In this document: positions 36,000 to 43,235 of the stretch, in pieces
Layout: the number at the start of each line of letters is the position of its first letter
How positions within the stretch are numbered: the stretch's first letter is position 1
Assembly (NCBI RefSeq): GCF_004010195.1
Contig: NC_057718.1
Location: forward strand, 80,415,484 to 80,458,718
DNA from: Chiloscyllium plagiosum
Lineage: Eukaryota
DNA: 43,235 bases
Direction of reading: 5' to 3'
Position numbers and translations under genes: made by a program
Notes under the pieces: generated by a model
The model's database searches: none
The model's input: only the letters and a program-made list of their open reading frames with translations
Told to the model about the DNA's origin: nothing

Positions 36000-36300
36000 A
36001 TGTACCAAGCATTGGTGAAACCACACGTGGAGTATTACATGCAAAACTGGTCTCCTTACTTGAGGAGGGATGTAGTTGAATTGGAAGCACTTGAGAGGAG
36101 GATCACTAGATTCATTCGAGAGATGAGGGGTTTGTCTTATGAAGAAAGATTAAGCAGTTTAGGTCAATCCTCTCTGGAGTTTAAAAGAATGGGAGGAGAT
36201 CTAACTGAAATATAAGATGTTAGAGGGGATTGACAAAAGTAGATGTAAAAAGAATGTTTCTTCTTGTGGGCCAATCTAGAATGAAAAGTCTTGGTTTGAA
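36000..36300 (+). mobile_element. CR1 ORF2 C-terminal fragment
   Basis: ORF 36000-36215 YQALVKPHVEYYMQNWSPYLRRDV...LSYEERLSSLG. Confidence 0.9.
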
Positions 36301-36304
36301 GAAA

Positions 36305-36385
36305 AGGAGTAGCAGTAATGGGAATTAAACCCATGGTGTTGGCATCACACTGCTCAATAAACCAACAGTCCAGCCAACTGATTTC
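36305..36385 (-). mobile_element. tRNA-derived SINE head
   Basis: Reverse complement CAGTTGGCTGGAC...GATGCCAACACCATGGGTTTAATTCCC has A- and B-box-like elements. Confidence 0.5.
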
Positions 36386-36399
36386 CATAGCTATCTAGA

Positions 36400-36925
36400 G
36401 TAATGACTACAACATGGTAGACTTTCAAATTCGGGTCTCAAACCAGTGACTTCAACTTAAATAAGGGCAATTACAGACTACGAGCTATGAAGAAGGAGCT
36501 GTCCAAAGCTGGTCTGAGAAAATTGATCAGTTAATGAGCAGTGGCAGGCATTGAAGCAGATACTTAATAACAGTCAGAAAAATTTATTCTAGTCAAAAAG
36601 GACATGATGCGATGGATGAACCACCAGCAGTTAACAAAAATGATCCAATCAAAAAAAGGCATAGGAAATGGCAGAAACTAGTGGAAGGCCTGAGGATTGG
36701 AATTTTATAGGAATCTGAAAAGGATTATTAAAAAGCTAAGAACTTCTATGGATATTGGAAATGAGAGTAAGTAAAGTCAGTGTGAAACCTTAGGAGGATG
36801 TGACTGGGAAATTTATAACAGGGAATGGGAAAAGGCTGATGATACAAAATGTTGTATCTAACTTCACGGTAGAGGACATTATAAACATCCAAATGAAATC
36901 AGATAAGGATGGTGCTAATGGGAGG
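36400..36925 (+). mobile_element. Degraded CR1 ORF2 central fragment
   Basis: NDYNMVDFQI (cf. SDHNMVEF), NLNKGNY and EQWQ motifs. Confidence 0.6.
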
Positions 36926-36939
36926 AAAGTCAGTTTTTT

Positions 36940-37940
36940 ATAGCACAGAAAGAGAACACTCAGTCCATATGCCCATCTAACATCCATCTGTTCTAATTCC
37001 ATTTTCCAACACTTGGCATGCCATATTTTCAAGTACTCAAATACTTCTTAAATGTTTTGAGCATTCCCAACTCTTCCATACTTTCATATAGAGATCCCTG
37101 TTGGTTAAAAAAAAACTTCCTTGCATCCATGCTAAACCTCCTGTTCCTCACCTTAAAACTATGCTCCCTGGTTATTGACCCTTCTACTAAAAAGGAAAAT
37201 TTTTCTCTCCATCTACCCTGCCTATGCCCCTCAGAATTGTACACATTTCAATCAGATCTCCCCCCAGCCTTCTATATTCTCAGGAAAACTACCTCAGCGT
37301 ATCTACTCTCTCTTCACAGCTCCACATGAGGCAACTTACTAGTGAATCTCTTCTGCAATCTCTAATGCAATCACATCCTTTCTAGAGTATGGCACTCCAG
37401 CTATGGTCTAACCAAGGTCCTTTACAGCTCCAACGTAACCTCTCTGCTCTTATAATCTTTGTCATGACTAATAAGTGTCCTGTATACCTTCTTAACTACT
37501 TTATTAACCTGTTCTGCCTACTGCAGGGATCTGTGGACAAGCATCTCAACATTCCTCTGAGTTTCCTAATGTCCTGCTATTCATTACATACTTCCTTGTC
37601 TTGTTACTTCTTCTAAAGTGCATCACCTCACACTTACCAGGGTTAAATTCCATCTGCCACTGATCTGCCGTCTGACCAATCAGTTTATATCCTTATGTAA
37701 CCTGAGACCTTCCTCCACACTATCAATCACCAGACCAATCTTAGTGTCATCCATAAACTTACTTATCATTCATCCCCATTTTCGCATTGACATCCTATAT
37801 ACATTTCAAAAACAATAAGGGGCCCAGCACTGATCCCTGTGGTGTGCACTGCATACCATGCTCCAGTTACAAAAATAGCCTTTTACCACTACCCTCTGCT
37901 TCCTGCCACTAGGCCAATTTTGCATCCAACTTGCCAAGTT
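36940..37940 (-). mobile_element. CR1 LINE 3' ~1 kb, degraded
   Basis: ORF 37029-37244 GSITREHSFKVR..RF..D.RKFFFNQ; PQGSVLGP encoded at ~37819-37842. Confidence 0.88.
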
Positions 37941-38379
37941 CATAGAATCATACAGTACAGAAGGAATCTTTTGGTCCATCAAGACTGTATCACCAAAGTT
38001 ATACTTAAGTCATTGATAATCCCTTTAAGTAACACTCCCTATTCATCTTGGCAAAGTAAAGGGAGGGTATGGCATGACATGCTGCTTTGACATTATGAAC
38101 CCTCTACTCTGTGGCTGTATATCCATGCTAAGATTTTATTCAATATCGCATTCTGTATGACAGAAGTGCATAAGTGGGATTCAGGTGCCATTTTGGGTCC
38201 CAGACAGCTTTCACAGCATCCAAACAATGAGCTCAATCTCACGCCTGTTAAACTTCAAGATATAATTTCATTTAAACCTTACATTTTGTTTTCCTTGAAA
38301 TTGTGATGATGTTTCTTTCTTCTAATCGTAGCCAGAGAATCCCTTGAAATGTCTCTCACTGTTCCTGCATTATAACCTC

Positions 38380-38850
38380 TGATGTCCCCCAAAGATCATT
38401 TCATGTCCCTCTCCTATTTCAAATCAACATGCTGCTCCTTGGTGACATCACGTAAGAGAATGGCATCAGTTTCATGTGCAAGTAACTCCGAGTTCTACCC
38501 ACCACACCCTCTTGACTCCTCCACTGTTGCTAAATTATCAGAATGCTTATCTGCTACCCAGTACTTGATGAGCGGACCAAAGCCATTGTTTTCAGTCCTT
38601 CACTCCAAACCCTATTCTCTAACAACTGACCCTATCCCTCTCCCTAGCAAAAGCCTGAGAAATACCTAGTTTACTCAAAACCTTGATGTTACATTTAATT
38701 CTAAGGTAAGCTTCCAATTTAATATTCATGCCAAACTTAATACTACCTGTTTCCATCTCCGTAACATCACTCAACTTCACTCTGTCTTGGCTCATCCAGC
38801 CCTGAAACACTCACCCATACCTTTGTTAGCTTTAGACTTCTCACTCCAGC
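38380..38850 (+). mobile_element. L2-clade LINE RT fragment
   Basis: LDSSTVAKLSECLS..QY.M; TDPIPLP; NLDVTF; FHLRNITQL; ETLTHTFV.FRL. Confidence 0.75.
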
Positions 38851-39121
38851 TGGCTGGGTACATTCACATGCATGCAGCTTGTAGGCATTATTTAAATACC
38901 ATTTGAGGACCCGATGCACTTTTGGTCTAGCTCATCAGACAAAGGGATTGCTTCCCTATAGCTAGATACAGAGGATTACTACAATCACAAAAATGTTATC
39001 CCCAGACCACTCTTTCGGCACATTTAGCTATTTGACAAAATCAACAAAAAAAATTAATATTTAAATTTGTAAATATTTGTATAGCTGAACTTTGCTTGTT
39101 CCTAGCTTTCCATGTGATAAT

Positions 39122-39375
39122 TAAGATCCTATGGCACTATTCAAAGAAAACAGTGTCTTATTGACCCAGCTAAGACTGTACGTCAACCAAAGTTACCACC
39201 AATATCAGATTCATTTGTCATTTCTCATATTGCTCTTTGTGGGATCTTGCAATTTTCAAAATGGCTGTCATCTTTACTAACATTACATTAGTCCCTAGTT
39301 TTCGATTCACTGGATCTAGAGTGCTCTGAGGCAACTCTCAGTGAAATGAAAAACAATATATGAAAGTAACTGGAA
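39122..39375 (+). mobile_element. DeuSINE Deu-domain and 3' part
   Basis: AAGATCCTATGGCACTATT...ATTGCTCTTTGTGGGATCTTGC...AAAATGGCTG...ACATTACA. Confidence 0.7.
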
Positions 39376-40789
39376 AGACTGTTTCCACTTTTGCAGATCA
39401 TATTGAGTCACTAAGACTTCCCTTGGCTAATATTTTGGTTCTTTCAGTGATCACCCACATATGCAGAAACACTTCCTTGTTTACTTTCATCTTTTGATCA
39501 AACAATTCATAACAATCAGTACTTAATTTCCACCCTCGGTCTCAATTTATACAACCTGGTCATTCCTTTTTCAGGATGCAAAGTTTGTTAGGCATGCCAG
39601 CACTAGTGTATCTAACTATCATATAAACCTCTACTGAATCAGTTGCTTGTCTCCTGTTTCAAGACCGTAAATCTTTCAAAATTGCCAAATCTTGCCATTA
39701 ATTATTGTTCAATAAAAGACAAATAATAATTTGGAGGCAGAGGTAAGACACTTGTGTGTTTCTGTAGCACTTGAAATTTGAGGAGTCAGTATTAATTGCA
39801 AACAAAAGGACTCTGCTTTCCATGAAGAGCTTTGAACTAATACACCAAAGAACTCAGGAGACATCTTACATAAACTATAAATTTGGTTCAAGAATTGCTG
39901 CAATGAAACTTGGCAGCTTGTTCTGGCAGATAGATCAACAGGTCCAAACTGCTCAGGAGTTCTGAGGTGTTCCTGCTTTTATGCCAGCACAAAACAATTT
40001 CGTATTTTGGCTTTTCCCATCTCTCATCTTGACTGGGAAAGGGGAGGTAAAAACATAATTTGCAAAAGAGTATCAGAAACATCTACAATGAGGAGGGTAT
40101 CTACAAACTAAGCTGATGAGAACAAAAGTCCTTTAAACATACTCTATAAAATTATAGATCATAGATCAGTGTGTGTTGATTAGAAAGGTTTTAGAAATTT
40201 TCCACATTATGAAGGCACTCCATATGAATATGAAAGCATTCTTCAAATAGATAATCCTGTTAGTTAGTAGGCTTCAATCTTCATTTGACTGCAGAATGCC
40301 AGGACTGTGCAACCTTAAATTGAATTGACAATAGTATATATCAATGGGTTTACACAGTAAATAGGTGAGTTGCAGGCTACAAAAGCCCTAGGTTCATATT
40401 TTGGCTACTTTTGTTTATCTCGTTCATGGTAGGAGTAAGGCTGCTAATTGATGTCAGAGTCTCTGGTTGATTATTTTAGAATTCCTGTTTTAATTACAGG
40501 AAAAGGCTTGTCTTAACAATGCTTACCCAGACTTAGATATAAAGAATTATTGCAGTGAAAATTAGTGCCCATAGAATCCAATTGAATGAAGAATCATTAC
40601 CTTGTCCTGTGACAGAGAAGGGAGCAAATTGACATTTAAAAAAGTCTGAACAGTGTTCATTTAATGCAATGTCAGTATTAACAAGAGACAGAAAAAGTTC
40701 TGCATCAAGCTGATATTCAAATCTTAAAATGCAAAATTAAGGGAATCAGGTGCAATTTTCCATTTTGAAGTTAAAGTATAGCATTGTGT

Positions 40790-42570
40790 GTGTTGGATGG
40801 CTTACAGGTTGGAAAGACGCAACTAATGGAGATCACAATGATCAGTCCTCGGGCCTCAGCTATTTACTATCTATATTAATGATTTGGAAGAGGGGGCAAA
40901 ATGCTATGTATCCAAATTTGCTGACAATACAAAAATAGGTGGGAGGGCATGTTGTGATGAGAACATAAGGGATCTACAAGGGGATATGGAGTAAGTAGGC
41001 AAATACTTGCCAGGTAGAATTTAATGTAGAAAGTGTGAAGTTATGCAGTTTGGCTGGATGAATCAAAGGCAGACTTATTTAAATTGACAGAGACTTCAAA
41101 AAGTGCAGCATAGAGGAATCTTGGCTTTCATGTACATGTAACACGAAGGTTATCACGCACGTGCAGCAAGTGATTAAGAAGGCAAATGGAATTTTGAACT
41201 TTATTGCAAGGGGTTTGGATTTTAAAAACAACAATGTCTTTTTACAATTATTTAAGTTGTTGGTGAAGATATATCTGGAGTACTGCATACAGTTTGGTCT
41301 CTATTTAAAAAAGGATGTACTGGCATTTGTGACAGTTCAAAAAGATTCATGAGGCTGAATCTTGGGATAAAAGGATTGACGTATCAAGAATGGTGTTTAA
41401 TTTAGATAAATGTGAAGTGCTGCATTTTGGGAAAGCAAATCTGAGCAGGACTTATACACTTAATGGTAAGGTCCTACGGAATGTTGCTGAACAAGAGACC
41501 TTGGAGTGCAGATTCATAGCTCCTTGAAAGTAGAGTCGCAGGCAGAAAGGATAATGAAGGTGGCGTTTGGTATGCTTTCCCTTATTGGTCAGAGTATTGA
41601 GTACAGGAGTTGGGAGGTCATGTGGTGACTGCACAGGACACTGGTTAGGCCACTGTTGAAATATTGTGTGCAATTCTGGTCTCCTTCCTAGTGGAAAGAT
41701 GTTGCGAAACTTGAAAGGGTTCAGAAAAGATTTACAAGGGTGTTGTCAGGGTTGGAGGCTTTGAGCTATAGGGAGAGGCTAGGGCTGTTTTCCCTGCAGC
41801 GTCAGAGGCTGAGGGGTGACCTTATACAGGTTTACAAAATCATGAGGGGCACGGATAGGATAAATAGGCAAAGTCTTTTCCTTGGGCTGGGAAAGTCCAG
41901 AACTAGAGGGCAAAGGTTTAGGGTGAGAGAGGAAAGATATAAAAGAGACCTAAGGGGCATTTTTTTTTTTTTTAAAACACAGAGGATGGTACGTGTATGG
42001 AATGAGCTGCCAGAGGAAGTAGTGGAGACTGATACAATTGCAACATTTAAAAGGCATCTGGATGGGTAGATGAATAGAAGGATTTGGAGGCCTATGGGCC
42101 AGATGTTGGCAGGTGAGCTGGTTTGGGTTGGGATATCTGGTCAGCATGGACAAGTTGGACTGAAGGGTCTGTTTCCGTGCTGTACATCTCTACGAAACTA
42201 TGACTCTAACAGCTAAGGTTAGGTCTTATTCATTAGCATTTAGAAGAATGAGGGGTGATCTTATCAAAACACACAGAATTGAAGGGTAGATGCTGAGAAG
42301 ATGATTCCACTAATTGGGGAATGTCAAATTAGGGGACATATTCATTTAAAACTAAAATTCCTTCTCCCAAAATGTAGTGAATATCTAGAATTCTCTGCCC
42401 AAAAGAGTTAAGGAGGCAAGGTCATTGAAAGCATTTAAAAGAGGAGGAAGACAAATTTTTCAAATGTTGAAGAATTGAGAGCAGGGACAGGTCAACCATG
42501 ATCTTAAACAATGTCAGGGCAGACCTGAAGAGACAAATCTCCTACTCCTGCTTCTATTTCTTATATTGTC
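40790..42570 (+). mobile_element. Older CR1 (40790-41393 and 42209-42570) split by a younger CR1
   Basis: QGSVLGP-like and SKFADNTKIG motifs; ORF 41161-41352; homology resumes at LGLYSL/FRRMRGDLI near 42220. Confidence 0.85.
41394..42208 (+). mobile_element. Younger CR1 3' fragment nested in the older CR1
   Basis: FNLDKCEVLHFG...; ORF 41740-42069; CTATGACTCT tail at 42198-42208. Confidence 0.92.
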
Positions 42571-42586
42571 ACATCCTTATATCTAG

Positions 42587-43235
42587 GAGAAAGTGAGGAT
42601 TGCAGATGCTGGAGATCAGAGCTGAAAATGTGCAGCTGGAAAAGCACAGCAGGTCAGGCAGCACCCAAGGAGCAGGAGAATTGATGTTTCGGGCATGAGC
42701 CCCTCTTCAGGAATGAGGAGAGTGTGCCAAGCAGGCTAAGATAAAAGGTAGGGAGGAGGGACTTGGGGGAGGGGCATTGGAAATGCGATAGGTGGAAGGA
42801 GGTTAAGGTGAGGGTGATAGGTCGGAGCGGAGAGGTCAGGAAGAAGACTGCTGGTTAGGAAGGTGGTGCTGAGTTCGAGTGTTGGGACTGAGACAAGGTG
42901 GGGGGAGGGGAAATGAGGAAAACTGGAGAAATCGGAATTCATCCCTTATGGTTGGAGGGTTCCTAGACGGAAGATGAGGCGCTCTTTCTCCAGCCATCGT
43001 GTTGCTATGGTCTGGCGATGGAGGAGTCCAAGGTCCTGCATGTCCTTGGTGGAATGGGAGGGGGAGTTGAAGTGTTGAGCCATAGGGTGGTTGGGTTGGT
43101 TGGTCTGGGTGTCCCCATAGGTGTTCTCTGAAACATTCCGCAAGTAGGTGGCCTGTCTCCCCAACATAGAGGAGGCCACATCGGGTGCAGCGGATGCAGT
43201 AAATGATGTGTGTGGAGGTGCAGGTGAATTTGTGG
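42587..43235 (-). mobile_element. Penelope-like element 3' end (GIY-YIG, 3' UTR, pLTR with hammerhead motif at 42681-42715); runs off the window end
   Basis: CTRCGLLYVGETGHLLAE; ORF 42946-43179 HFNSPSHS..DMQ.LGL...LEKERLIFRLGTLQP; minus strand CTGAAGA-G-GGGC-TCAT-GCCC-GAAAC-ATC. Confidence 0.92.

Overview
Eukaryotic, AT-rich and dense in transposable elements, with no intact gene. The repeat mix (CR1, L2, Rex1, RTE and Tx1 LINEs, Penelope-like elements with hammerhead motifs, DeuSINE and HE1-like SINEs, Harbinger) suggests cartilaginous fish, probably a bamboo or epaulette shark; this is inferred from repeat content only. The main finding is at 270-8419, the 3' half of a decayed env-bearing LTR retroelement. 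It comprises an integrase C-terminus, an ~670-codon env pseudogene split by two CR1 insertions, a polypurine tract, and a 3' LTR split by a Penelope insertion. The reconstructed Env has paramyxo/pneumovirus F-like (lokiretrovirus-like) architecture rather than gamma-type. The second highlight is at 13904-14572, where a Tx1 LINE 3' end sits in an LTR and carries a polyadenylated second copy of the same LTR segment, suggesting LTR-targeted insertion with 3' transduction. One possible 70-bp host exon lies at 12001-12070. All family calls come from manual translation and motif recognition; no searches were run.
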